Source of the DNA: Lama glama | Lineage: Eukaryota | DNA length: 64,000 nucleotides | Reading direction: 5' to 3' | Assembly: GCA_028534125.1 (NCBI GenBank) | Contig: CM052817.1 | Coordinates: 79,424,001 to 79,488,000 of the forward strand | Shown: piece by piece, positions 51,540 to 64,000 of the stretch | Layout of the letters: every line of letters starts with the position of its first letter | How positions within the stretch are numbered: position 1 is the stretch's first letter | The notes under the pieces: generated by a model | Told to the model about the DNA's origin: nothing | Seen by the model: only the letters and a program-made list of their open reading frames with translations | The model's database searches: none | Translations under genes and position numbers: made by a program

Positions 51540-54500
51540 TTTTTAAATTTGTTTTTCAAGCTGTTTTATTAAGAAGAAATCAGTACTATTTGTCCATTCA
51601 AAATAATGTGATTCAGTGGTTTTTGATATACTCACAGGGTTGTGCAGTCATCATCACATTCTAATTTTAAAACATATTTGTGGTCCCCACAAGAAACTCC
51701 ATTCCCATCAGAAGTGAATCCCCGTCCCCCTCCAGCCATAAAAACCACAAATCTATTTTCTTTATCTATGAATTTGCCTATTCTAGATATTTCATATGAG
51801 AGCTTTGGTAGTTTGATCCAGTTCATATAAATTATCAAATCTCTGGGCATAAAACTGTAATACTTTCTGTTATCCATTTAATATACAATGGATCAGTAGT
51901 TATGACCCCTCTTTGATTTTTGATACTGGTAAATGTATCTTCTCTCTTTTTTTCTTAGTTAGCCTGGTTCAATCGAGGTTTATGAAATTTATTGATCTTG
52001 TCAATGAACCAGTTTTTGGTTTTGGTTATTTTCTCTAATGTTTTTCTTGTTTCAATTTTATTGTGTTCTGTTCTAATTTTAGTATTTACCTACTTCTGCT
52101 TGCTTCCAGATTAAATTGCCCTTCTTTTTCTAATGTCATAAGGTGGAAACTTAGGTTATTGACTCTAGATATTCCTTTTTGCTAATGTTGTTTCAGTGCT
52201 ATAAGATTCCTTCTAGTCACTGCTTTTATTGCATCTCACAAATTTGATAAATTGTATTTTCATTTTTACTAAGCTGAAAATATTTAAAATTTTTCTTAAG
52301 GCTTCTTTTTTGACCCATGTGTTATTTAGAAGTGTGTTGCTTAATTTTTAAATGGGGTTGGAAAAATTTTCCAGCTATCTTACTGATTTCTAGTTTACTT
52401 CTAGTATGGTTTGAGAGCACACATTGTATGATTTCTGCCCAGGATTGGATCTATCTTGGTGAATATTCCATGTGAGCTTGAGAAGAATGTGTATTCTCCT
52501 GTTGTTGGATAGAAAATTCTATAAATATCGGTAAGATCAAGTTTATTTGTCATGCTGTTTGGTTAACTATATCTGTACTGATTTGCTGCCTGCTTGGTAT
52601 ATCAAGTAATGAAAGAGAATTCTTGAAGTCTCCCTTGAGTTCTTTGAGTTTTATCTCAATTTATTCTCCTGCTGTTTTCAGGGGTTTATACAGATTTAAG
52701 ATTGTTATGTCTTCTTGGAGAATTGACCCCTTTATCACTCTAATGTCCCTTTAATCCCTGATAATTTTCCTCATTCTGAAATCTGCCTTGTCTGAACTTA
52801 ATGTACCTACTCCAGCTTTCTCTTGATTTGTGTTAGTGTAGGATGTCTTTCCTCATCTCTTTACTTTTGATGATTCCAAGTCTTTATATTTAAAGTGAAT
52901 TTCTTATAGACAAGAAGTTGAGTCCTTTTTTTTTTTTAAATCTACTCTGACACTGCATTTCTTTTCTGTATTTTCACTGGTGTGTTAAGACCATTCACGT
53001 TTAAAGTGATTATTGCTATAGTTGGACTAATAACCATCATGTTAGTAACTTTTTTATATTAATTGCATTTGTTCTTTATTTACCCCCTTCTTTTTCTGCT
53101 TTCTCTGGTTTTAATTAAGCACTTCATATACTTGCATTGGATCTCCTCTCCTATCATATCAATTATACTTTAAAATATGAGTGGTTTCCCCAGAGTTTCT
53201 AATATACATTTTAAACTATTCTAAGTCCACCTTCAACCAATACTACATCACTTCACACATAGTGCAAGTACTTTATAAAAGTATTTCTGATTTCTCATCC
53301 TATTTTTATGACATTACTGTCATTTTTCACTTATTTATGCATATGCTATATTACCGAACACACAGTTCCTATTGTTGCTTTAAACAAGGTATCTTTTAGA
53401 TCAATTAAGAATAAAAAAAATGCTTAAATTTACCTTAATTTATTCCTTCTTCAGTGCTCTTCTTTTCTTTATGTAAATCCAAGGTTTTGGTCTACATAAT
53501 TTTCCTTTCCCCTGAAGAACTTCTTTTAATATTATTTATAGAGTAGGTCTGCCAGCAATGAGTTCCCTGTTTTTGTTTGTCTGCAAGAGTCTTTTTCTTT
53601 CACTTTTGAAGTTTAATTTTCCCTGAATATATAATTCTAGGTCGGGGGCTTTTTCCTTTAAACATTTAAAATATTTCAGTCCACTCTTTTTTTGTTTACA
53701 TGATTTCTGATAAGAGGTCTGTTGTAATTCTTATACTTTTTCCATTTAAAGATAAAGTGTTTTTTTCTCTGACTTTTTTCTAGGTCTTCTCTTTACTTTA
53801 AGTTTTCTGTAGTTTGAATATGACATGCCTGTGTGTGTGTGTTTATTTGTTTTTGGTATTTATCCTGCTTGTTGGTGTTGTCTGAACTCCCTGGGTCTGT
53901 GTTTCGGTGTCTGTTATTAATTGTGGGAAATTCTTAGCCATCATTATTTCAAATATTTCTTCTGCTCCATTTTCTTTTTTTTATATTGCAAATACATCTA
54001 TTTTATACCTTAACCGTTTTTGGTTTTTTTTTTTTAGTTCTTTGATGTTTTGTCCTATTTGTTTTCTTTCCTTTCTCTCTTTGCATTTCAGTTTGAGAAG
54101 GTTCTATTCACACATCTTCAGGTTCACTGATTCTTTCCTTGACTACTTCCACTTTACTGATGGGTCCATCAAAGGCATTCTTCATTTCTGTTACAGTGTT
54201 TTGGGTTTCTAGAACTTAAAAAATTTTTTTCTTAGAGTTCCTATCTCTCTGCTTGTAGTATCCATATTGTAATATAATATGTTGCTTCATGTTGCCTACT
54301 TTTTCCATTACAGCCCTTAACATATTAATCATAATTATTTAAAATTCCCTGTCTGATATTCCCAACACCTGTGTCAGCCCTGTGTTGCCGGGCCTGCATG
54401 CATGGTGGAGAATGATTTCAAGTCGGCCTCATGTCTTGCTCTGATTGCTCCTAAGCAGGTGCAGCGCAGTTGATGTACACACACCTTCCCAACCCCAGAG

Positions 54501-55370
54501 TTGTCTGTGATCTCAAGAAGGCTCTTCTTATCTGCCTCTTTCTCTGGCTCTTTCAATTAAACTTCTGGCTGCTGTGCTATTTTGCTTATACAAAGATGAA
54601 CTGCCTTTTCTTAATTGTTCTCCACCAAAATCTCAGTTTTCAATAATGGCCTTAGGCATGGAGTGCTCCTCTCTCCTCCCAACAACGTTCCTTCAGGCAG
54701 AGCTGCAGAGCTCTTTGCCCTCACGGACTGCCTTCTCCCCAAGGCAGAACCCCTGCAGCATTGCAGTAAAACTGTGGGCAGGAAACTGCTCACACCCACC
54801 ACTGGGGTGGGGGCAGGCCCTGGTTTTCTCAGCCTGCTCCTCCCAGTGTGGGCCCTCTTCCCTACAGCCAGCAAGGGCTGGTATAGGTTAGAGACTTCAT
54901 GTTTTCAGAGTGCCTTACCTGAGTTAGGGTTTCTGTCTTTGAGGGGAAACTGTGTCTGGGAAGACAGATCCTGTCTGCTACTCCTGCCTGGAATAGAGCT
55001 CCCATGGTGGGTCTGGGAAGGAGAAGAAGCACCAGCTGCTTGACCTTCTTGTGGTCACCCTAGCCCCAGACTGGGAGCAAGGGAGAGAGGAATCTCACTC
55101 TTGGTTGCAAATGCCTGTGGTAGTGCTTTTATAATATGGAACTGAGGGTGTGTGGGTAACAGAGCAGATCATGGTTCATATATCTCAGGTTCTCACTGTT
55201 CTTACCCAAGATTTAGTGTAGTTTCTTGAGTGAATGTTTATTTGCTGTATGTCCTTGGCACCATTTCCAGAGACTTAGAATGATTGGTTTTTAAAGTTGT
55301 CACCAGTTAAATCATTGGTTGGAGAAGGGGTCTTCTGAGTTCCTTACTTCATCATTCTGTAAGTCCTGCC
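51540..55370 (-). mobile_element. Old antisense L1M: 3' fragment (51540-51800), then EN, inter-ORF, ORF1 and 5' region
   Basis: GAGCTTGAGAAGAATGTGTATTCT, TACTCCAGCTTTC, CATTCACGTTTAAAGTGAT (antisense EN start), GGGAAATTCTTAGCCAT (antisense ORF1). Confidence 0.8.
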
Positions 55371-55649
55371 CTAGCCATCCCCTGGCCCCCCCTTTTTTTT
55401 AACTGGGGCAGGCATCCAGTGAGGCAAATTGAGGAGCCACAATAAAGGATTAGTCCTCACTACCAGGCAGGAGCCAAAGAAAACTGCTTCCCCATTTTCT
55501 CTTCCAGATGGATGATCCCAAGGCACATTTCTTATAGCCACCTTTTGGATCTGCTCCATCTCTCTCCTTGCCTTTCTTCTCCTTTACTTCCTGGTCCAGT
55601 GCTTGTTCTTAAGCCTCTGCCTTTGGTTCTGTAAAACATATGCCATGCC

Positions 55650-57072
55650 TTTTATCTTATTTCCTGCTTGATAAATAACATAGTTTCGGCTAAGCATTGC
55701 ATTGCATTATTATAAGTTAATGAAAACTAGCAAAAAATTATTCTTTGGCTTATAGATTATTATTAGGATAAAAAATTTATATTAAACTATATGGTTTTAA
55801 TCTTGATGGCTTTACTGTATTGGTATTATCCCTCAAAATGCATATGAACACATTCATTTGAATTAAAAATTAAGACTTTTACTTTTTTAACAGGAAGTCA
55901 GTCTGAGTTGGCTAACTGGGATAATAATGAAGCCTAACTTCACTAATTAGGTTCAGAGTAGACATTTTCTAAACAAGCTTAATCTGAAACTCTAAGGTTT
56001 TGGCAAAACATATTTGAAGCACATAGCATGATAAAACATTTTATCAAACATATTATATGGAAAATGTGCTGAAGTTAATATTTCAATTTTCTCTTTTTTT
56101 GAATATAATGGGTTAAGCAAGGTGACTACATGAAAAAAATATATAGTTAATATCACTTGAGTAATTTTGGTAAATTCCTTTTGGAATAAATGACTAATAA
56201 CTAGAAAACACATCGTTTTGCAACTCAAGAGGTTTGTGATTGGTTTCTAATTCTAATTCATAATCAAAGAAATAATTTCTGATAATAGATTATAATTTTT
56301 TTGGCACATAACTCTGAAGAAGTTCAAAGAATTAAGTGATATTAATGTAATAAAACTTCTTTCATCCCTATTTCCCTCTTTCTATGAGCAAGGTTTCTCA
56401 GAGCCTACATGAAAAAAAAATAGGAATAATCAGGTCTCCTTCAAGCAATCAGTAAGCTTTACCCACAGATGTACTGAGAAAAACCACATTTTTCAACAAT
56501 AACAGATACATTTTCAATACATTTTACTTCTTGTGTAATAAATTTTGTCAAAGTTTATAAAATAATTGTTTTGGTTAAATGACTTTCACTAATTGCAATT
56601 ATAATTCAATCCAGAAAAAAAAATTAACTCTTACAGCTTTTGTCACATGAAATTTTAGGAATTAAATTTATATTTATTTTGTTGCAGAAAAGAAAGGTGT
56701 TCAAGAAAAGACTATTAAGCATTAAATATATATTATATTAGATAACATTCAGCAGGGGAAGTTGGTGAAATTACAAGTTCAGAAAGAAAAAAATGATGTA
56801 AAACTTTTAACTGTTAAAGAATTTGTCCATTTTTATTTTTAAGTGGATGATAGTGGGTGTAAATGACTATAGTATTTAGATCCCATTGAATACATTTAAA
56901 AGAGTGGTATAGTTTTATCTTTAAATGTCAGTATTTATGCTAGTCTGGAAAATTGCATCCTTTGCAAATATCTAAGCTTACAATGAAAAATTTAAGATGT
57001 TATGGTGTGAAGGGGTATGTTGCTTATGAAATCTTTCGGGAACACAAGAGCAAGAACATTTGAAGACCATTG
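55650..57072 (+). mobile_element. hAT-Charlie transposon fossil with transposase C-terminal remnant
   Basis: LLSSLFPSFYEQGFSE..KKNRN at ~56356-56430 (cf. LLPFPSTYLCEQGFS..K.K.RN); terminal TTTGAAGACCATTG. Confidence 0.65.
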
Positions 57073-57361
57073 ACCTGGACCTAGCTGACCCGACCTAGTT
57101 CACCACTTGGAATTAAGTGTCAAAGAGAAGGCATAGGAAAAAAAGCCCCAAACCTGCAAGGTGACCTAGAACCTTGAAACAGCCTTCTTTCTAAATAACT
57201 CCTGGAGGAGACAGGAAATAGCCTGAACCAAGATACATAGTGAGCCTTATAGAGATTGAAATACAGTATAAAACCAATTGGATTACAACTCTTTTTCAAG
57301 TCCTTCAATGGCTTCCCACAGAATTTAGCATAAATTCCAAAAACCTGATCACACACTACAA

Positions 57362-57524
57362 CCTTGATACTCAGCTTTGTTGCATGGAACAGCAGCAGCA
57401 GTGTCACCTAGGAGACTGTTGAAAATGTAGAATCTCAGATTCCACCCCAAACCTTAAAGCAGAATCTGTATTTTAAAAAGATCCCCAGGTAATTTGTAGG
57501 TATATTAATGTATAAGGGGCACTG
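57362..57524 (+). mobile_element. MER5-family MITE within an antisense L2
   Basis: CAGCAGTGTCACCTAGGAG...AAATGTAGAATCTCAG...AGATCCCCAGGTAATT. Confidence 0.7.
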
Positions 57525-58109
57525 GTATACATGATTGTAATGTGTCATAATTTAGACAATTAGAGATAGGTCCTCTTCGTCTCCTACATAGGCTTCATCA
57601 CAAAGTATACGTTATTTATTAATTTTACATTTTTTATATTGAAATAATTTGACTCGCAAGAAGTTGCAAAAACAGTACAGGAAGCTCTGTTCATCTCTAA
57701 CCCAGCTTTCCCCACTGACATCTTACATAACCATATTACACTTTTAAAACCAGGAAATGACATTGAGACAGCAACTTATAAGTTCTTATTTGCTTATTTT
57801 GTCTCTAGATCACACCATTTAAAGTTAAACCCAGTCATTCTGTATCACATTCTCTTGTTTGATTTCCTTCTTTGTACTCATATCTTCTACTCACTGTCTA
57901 GAACTATCTAATTTCTTTGTCTACTTGGGTGTTGTCTGTCTCCACTCCTAGGACACTGAAGGCAAGTAATTTGTTCAACACTGTATAACCAGCACTTACA
58001 ACAGTGTTATGATTGTTAAGCGAAAGCACAGTAATTGCTTAATAAATATTGATTTGATAAATGAATGGATGGAGGGAGAGATCCAATTCCAAATTAATTG
58101 TATGTAACC

Positions 58110-58357
58110 AGTAGATAAAAAGTTCTAGAGATCTAATTATAGCCAACAATATTGTATTACATGCTTCGAAATTGCAAAGAGACTAGATCTTAAAAGTTCT
58201 CACCACAAAAAAGAAATGATAATTATATGATGTGATAGAGGTGTTAGCTAAAGCTATGGTGGTAATCATGTTGTATTATATAAATGTATCAAATCAACAA
58301 GTTGTATACTCTAAACTTACAGAATGTTGTATGTCAATTGATGATACCAAAAAAAAT
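58110..58357 (+). mobile_element. L1MA-type 3' end fragment
   Basis: GAGACTAGATCTTAAAAGTTCTCACCACAAAAAAG...AAACTTACAGAATGTTGTATGTCAATT. Confidence 0.8.
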
Positions 58358-59197
58358 TATAGAATTTATCACTTCTGATGACCACATTTTATTGTCATCA
58401 TATGTGAAATAGTGGGAAGGAAACATGTAACTTCTGTTTCTTTGTCTACAAGACAGGAAAATACAGTAATTCGGACTTTGAAAACTCTTTTCTCAAGTCT
58501 GTAATATTATCCTTTGTTGACATATTGTGATTAAATAAGTGCAAAATGTCTTTAGGAGGAGGATAGCATACACAATACTTGTGTAAGAAGTTTTTTCCAG
58601 GAGATAATTTTCAGTTCTGCCTCTTTTTAACTGGACATGGGCAGCTACTTTTTGAAATTGTATCAGAAAGTTGCTTTTTTCAGACAAGGAGGAAATGACA
58701 CTGATAGGGAAGAAAAAGCGTTTCAAGGAAAGTAAATTATGGTCATTATGCTAGTTAATATTGAAAATAGTGACTTTTACTGGCTTTGAGTTTTACTGCT
58801 ACTGGAGGAATCCGGTGTCTCTGCAAAGATGAATATTTTTGTTTACATCTTTATTTTCATAAATCTTGATACAGTGTCTGCACTTTGGATTTCGTGATAA
58901 GTCTGACTGCATTATAAACATTTTCTACTTAAGGCTTCATTTGAAAACTCCTTAACAAAACCAGTTTTCAATAGCTAAATACCAGGGCATATGTAGGTGT
59001 CAGTTTTGCACTGCTTTTTACATTGTTTTTGAAAGACATCTGCTTTTATCTCTCTGCTATCCTAATTGTAGATTGCCATATCTTCTTGTGAGGAACAAAT
59101 GAATTGATGTGTATAAAGAGCTTAGGAAAAATATATTGGCACATGCTAAGTGCTCAGTATGTATTATGAAAATTAATCAAAGTAAACCTCACTAAAA

Positions 59198-59592
59198 TGT
59201 TATCAGGAAGCCAGAAGGGGGAGCTCTCACACACATACCACTTGACATCAATACACAGGGCAACAAGAAGGGACTTTGCATCTCTGGCAGGAAGTGACAC
59301 TACTTTGCTACCACCAGTAGGAGGAAAAAAGACTTTGTCCTTGTCTGGCAACATCTACGCCAATGAGAGACTGTCACAATTCAGCCCATGAAAAGCCATT
59401 ATACTTGGAACTCCCAGTTCCCTCTCATACACTGTTTAAATTCTTCTCTATGAAATAGTTTCCTCTCTGCTTTATTAGACTTACATGTGCTTCACCACTG
59501 TTGCATACACTGAACTGCAATTCTTTGCTGCTCCTAAATAAATACATTTTGCTGGTAAAAATAACTGGCTGTTGTATTGTTTTAGGTTAACA
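59198..59592 (+). mobile_element. 5' LTR of an ERV1 provirus
   Basis: TGTTA...TAACA inverted termini, CCAAT at ~59360, AATAAA at ~59537, followed directly by a PBS. Confidence 0.88.
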
Positions 59593-59610
59593 TGGAGGTC
59601 TGACCAAGAT
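59593..59610 (+). promoter_or_regulatory. Retroviral primer-binding site, tRNA-Gln type
   Basis: TGGAGGTCTGACCAAGAT versus the tRNA-Gln PBS TGGAGGTCCCACCGAGAT (15/18). Confidence 0.75.
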
Positions 59611-60037
59611 CCAGAGAAGAGCCACAGTGGGTACAGGTGTTGGTACCCACAGAGTCCAGTGAGTCCATTGCTTACTTAATGACCCTGGAGTTTGAGGGTG
59701 AGTTCTTCTGGATTTGAGCTCTGATCTTTTTGAGTTTTGAAGTTCTCCAGGATTTAACTGGAATTTGTTTAATGGCATTGTCCTTTTTTGTTAAGGCTTT
59801 GTTTTGTCTGTAACCACTCATTTGACATTTCAGCCTGACTCTTTTGAATCAGGCTGGAACTATGCTAACTTTCAGTCCAACTCCTTTTGGAACCAGGCTA
59901 TTCCTGTTAGAACTGCGCTGTTCAGCCTTTGGCCTGACTCTTTAGGGATCAGGTTGCTCCTATTGGAAGTGTGCTGGTATTTGACCTGCAAGCTGTTTAA
60001 GAATTATTATTTTGCTCTAGAGAAAAACCTATGAAAG

Positions 60038-63000
60038 ATGGGATCCTAGTCATCTAAATGTTTTGAGGGTGCACTCCCTGCCCTCTTCAGGGAACCAGGT
60101 CAATTTTATGTTTAAAAACAGTAGTACCTCCTCTTGTGCATTTCTAACTAAATGGACCAACTTAACCAAAAGTAATTTAGAGCATCAATGGGGAGCTTTG
60201 AACTCTCCAAATTTACCTTTCATAAAACTGTGTTCATTTGACAGCTATAGTTCTGAAATCCTCAAAACTGAATTGGTCAACTATTTTGATTGGTATTTTG
60301 AGGCTTCCAAATGTTATCAGGTCTAAATTTGCCTCTGTGTAACATACAGTGGTTAAATTACCTGAGGCAAACAAACAATTAAAGAAGGACAAAATGGCTT
60401 CCAAAGCCTCATGTTTGTCTCCACAGGCTTCTTTGTCTCAGGCCCTGTCTCCAGGCCATCCTCCTCCTCCTCTGACTCTATCAGAACCTTCCCCCTTTAA
60501 TATTAAATCTTCTAAATAAAGCCCAAATTTCTTTTTTTAAATTAAATCCAAATAAAGCCCAAATTTTGTTTTTTTTAATTGAAGTATAGTCAATTACAAT
60601 GTGTCGTTTTCTGATGTACAGTGTAATGACCCAGTCATGCATATATATGTTCATTTTCATATTCTTCGTCATTATACGTTACTACAAGATATTGAATATA
60701 GTTCCCAGTGCTATACAGAAAAAAATTGTTTTTTTAATCTATTTTATATATAGTAGTTAATATTTGCAGAGCTACAGTAATCAAATTCCCAATTTATTCC
60801 TTCCCACCCTGTTTCTCTCCAGTAACCACAAGTTTGTTTACTATGTCTGTGATTCTCTTTCTGATTTGTAGATAAGTTCATTAATGTCTTCTTTTTTCTT
60901 TTTTTTTTCGATTCCACATATGAGTGACATTATATGGTATTTTTTCTTTCTCTTTCTGTCTTACTTCACTTAAAATAACTATCTCCAGATCCATTCATGT
61001 TGCTGTAAATGGAATTTTATTCTTTTTTATGGCTAAGTAGTATTCCATTGTATAAATATACCACAGCTTTTTAATCCAGTCATCTGTCCATGGACATTTA
61101 GGTTGTTTCCATGTCTTGGCTATTGTATACAGTGCTGCTGTGAACATTGAGGTGCATGTATCTTTTCAAATTAGAATTCCCTATGGATATATGCCCAGGA
61201 GTGGGATTGCTGGATTATATGATAAGTCTATTTTTAGTTTTTTAAGGAATCACCATACTGTTTTCAATAATGGCTGCACCAAACTACATTCCCACCAATA
61301 GTGTAGAAGGGTTCCCTTTTCTCCACACCCTCTCCAGCATTTATCATTTGTCGACTTTTGAATGATGGCCATTCTGACTGGTGTGAGGTGATATCTCATA
61401 GTAGTTTTGATTTGCATTTCTCCGATAATTAGCGATATTGAATATTTTTTCATGTGCCTGTTGGCCATTTGTATGTCTTCATTGGAGAACTGCTTGTTTA
61501 GGTCTTCTGCCCATTTTTGGATTTGGTTGTTTGGGTTTTTTGTTGTTGTTGTTGTTGTTATTAAGTTGTATGAGCTGTTTATATATTCTGGAAATTAAGC
61601 CCTTGTCAGTCTCATCTTTTGCAAAAATTTTCTCCCATTCTGTAGGTTGTCATTTTGTTTTACTTATGGTTTCCTTTGCTGTGCAAAAGCTTATAAGTTT
61701 AATTAGGTCCCATTTTAAAATTTTTGCTTTTATTTCTATTGCCTGGGTAGCCTGTCCTAGGAGAACACTGATAAGATTTATGTCAGAAAATGTTTTGCCT
61801 ATGTTTTCTTCGAAGAGATTTATTGTGTCTTGTCTTATATTTAAGTCTTTAAGCCATTTTGAGTTTATTTTTGTGTATGACATAAGGGAGTGTTCTAACT
61901 TCATTGATTTACATTCAGCTGTCCAGTTTTCCCAACACTACTTGCTGAAGAGACTGTCTTTTCTCCATTGTACATTCTTGCCAACTTTGTCGAAGATTAG
62001 TTGACCATAAGTCTGTGGGTTTATTTCTGGGCTCTCTATTTTGTTCTATTGATTCATATGTCTGTTTTTGTGCCAATACCATGCTGTTTTGATTACTGTA
62101 GCTCTGTATTGTCTAAAGTCTGGGAGGGTTGTTCCTCTAGCTTCATTGTTTTTCTTCAGTATTGCTTTGACAATTCTGGGTCTTTTGTGATTCCATATGA
62201 ATTTTATGATTATTTGTTCTGGTTCTGTGAAAAATGTCATGGGTAATTTGATAGGGGTCACATTTGATCTGTTGATTGCTTTGGGTAGTATGGCCATTTT
62301 AACAATATTAATTCTTCTAATCTAAGAGTATGGGATATCTTTCCATTTCTTTAAGTTATCTTTAATTTCCTTAATCAGTGTTTTGTAGTTCTCCATGTAT
62401 AAGTGTTTCACATCCTTGGTAAGATTTATTCTTAAGTATCTGTTTTGGATGCAATTTTAAAAGGGAATGTTTCTTTACTTTCTTTTCCTGATATTTCATT
62501 GTTAGTGTAAAGAAATGCAACTGATTTTTGTATGTTAATCTTGTATCCTATACCTTGCCAAATTCTTTTTTGTCAGCTCTAGTAGTTTTTGTATGGAGTA
62601 AAGCCCAAATTTCTTATGTTTCCTGAACTAAGGCCAATTTGTGAGCCATAATTAAAGCACTTCCTAAAGTAACTGAAGACTCCCTTAGGTTTGCTGAAAG
62701 CCTTTAATATAGTTATTTAAACCTACTAACCTGGTTTCTCAGATTTATATCACTTGGTGCACATGCTTGTTGGTGAAGGTTAAGCCAAACATTGGGTGAA
62801 ACTAGCCCTGTGGGAACATCCTGGAGGGGATTAGAAAAGCAAACCCCTACTGAAAACCTCACCAATCAAGTACAGTAGCCTTTCCTAAGCCTGTTATGGG
62901 AACAAAATTCAGGCTTGCACACAAAATTCTGATGAAACTGTCCATGATTATTGTAATCAACTTCAGATTATCTTTAAAGAAAATTCTGGTCTTCCTTCAG

Positions 63001-63300
63001 TGGTTGGTTCCACTAGGGTAGCTTTTAACTCCATATTTATTAACAGGGTGAAGTGGGATGTTTCTCTTTTAGTTAAAAGGACCAGGATGAATAGGAAACT
63101 ATGTCCACTCCAGATTTAGTTAATTTGGCAAATCAGGTCACTCACACCTTAGCTGAGTCACCAAAAAGAAAGACTACTAAAATTCTTAATTTTCAGCTTG
63201 GTAATTGAAGGTCCCTAAATAAAACCCCAAACCTTCTAGTTTCTGCTTGTTGCAAAGAGCCAGGACATTGGAAAAAACATTGTTACAAATTTAAGTGTTC
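60038..63300 (+). pseudogene. gag: Decayed ERV1 gag, interrupted by L1
   Basis: MGS*SSK myristoylation-type start; matrix-like SCAFLTKWTNLTK..YFDWYFEASK; capsid PKVTEDS.RFA, PGFSDLYHLVHMLVGEG; zinc knuckle C..CKEPGHWKKHC at 63244-63283. Confidence 0.85.
60570..62598 (-). mobile_element. 5'-truncated ~2-kb young L1 inserted into ERV1 gag
   Basis: ORF2 C-terminal fragments [10 protein letters not shown]..., [29 protein letters not shown]; exact 17-bp TSD TAAAGCCCAAATTTCTT at 60517-60533 and 62599-62615. Confidence 0.95.
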
Positions 63301-63349
63301 CATGCCCTCTAACTAGCCTTTGCAATGTTCTCTTAATTCCCAATGAGAG

Positions 63350-64000
63350 TGCCCTAAGGAACTACAGGGGCTCTACCCAATCCTCCCTGTTAATCATCTC
63401 AGAGAAATAACTCTCCATATTAGGAATGAGTTTCTCTCTGTCCTAACTGACACCAGAGCCACACTCTTGGTGCTCAACCCCACTGCTATAAAACAGCCCC
63501 TGCCTTGGAGTATTAAAAGAGTTCAAATAGTGGGGGGGGGGGTCTCTAATAAAACTCAGCTGGTTCTTGTCTCTGACTCTATTCCCTTTCATTTAGTCCA
63601 TTTGACAATAGCCATCAAAATAGCCAACCAGGTGGATTAAACAACACTCACATCTTTTAATTGCTCTGTCTTTGATGGTGCTGGAGCTGATTCCGGAAAC
63701 ACGGATCATTTGTTCCTGTTGAATCAGCTATCAATCTCCTTATGGGCAAAATCTCAAACTGATGTTGGCAAAAGTCACAGTGCACCTCCCATCAAGATTC
63801 AAGTCAATCCCTCAAAATCTCTTCCCAGAATTAATCAATATCCTATAAATAAAGACGCCCTTTGAGATATAAGGCCCATAATAGAAAGTGTCGAGGCTCA
63901 GGGCCTCATCGTGCACTAGTTCCTGTAATACTCCTATTTTACCTGTGGTAAAACCCAAGGGTGGAGGATGGAACTTTGTCCAGGACCTCCAAGGAATAAA
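63350..64000 (+). pseudogene. pol: Decayed ERV1 protease and start of RT (runs off the window)
   Basis: LTDTRAT (DTGA mutated, 63449-63460); HSAPPIKIQ, NQYPI, CNTPILPVVKP, WNFVQDL. Confidence 0.88.

Noticed and set aside
54574..55043. Overlapping 105-142 aa ORFs in a GC-richer patch
   Set aside because: They lie in the 5' region of an old antisense L1; no known protein similarity.
58684..58731. Possible plus-strand exon (TTTTTCAG...GTAAAT)
   Set aside because: Weak donor, unrecognised peptide, no partner exons.
61438..62004. Longest ORF in the track (188 aa, plus strand)
   Set aside because: It is the antisense reading of L1 ORF2; its hydrophobicity reflects T-rich composition.

Overview
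AT-rich mammalian genomic DNA, almost certainly from a camelid: four tRNA-Ala(AGC)-derived SINEs of the vic-1 type are present, along with many artiodactyl-type L1 3' ends. I recognise no host protein-coding gene, rRNA, genuine tRNA or CRISPR array, so the window looks intergenic or deep intronic. Most of it is layered transposon fossils: old L1M, L2 and MIR; hAT DNA transposons (MER53, MER5A, MER58, Charlie, Tip100-like); MaLR/ERVL LTRs; a decayed ERVL provirus (40.1-43.9 kb); several solo LTRs; and a decayed ERV1 provirus with a tRNA-Gln primer-binding site (59.2 kb to the window end) split by a 2-kb L1. The only ORF-track entries with recognisable homology are transposon remnants. I did not find a new biological system. 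The best leads are mutational-mechanism footprints (an inverted templated patch inside an L1, a triplicated target site, two LTRs at one site, matching changes in both arms of a MER53 hairpin), an unexplained exact 23-bp repeat in unique DNA, and a few candidate exons or enhancers. Repeat family names come from recalled consensus sequences, and boundaries of old elements are approximate.
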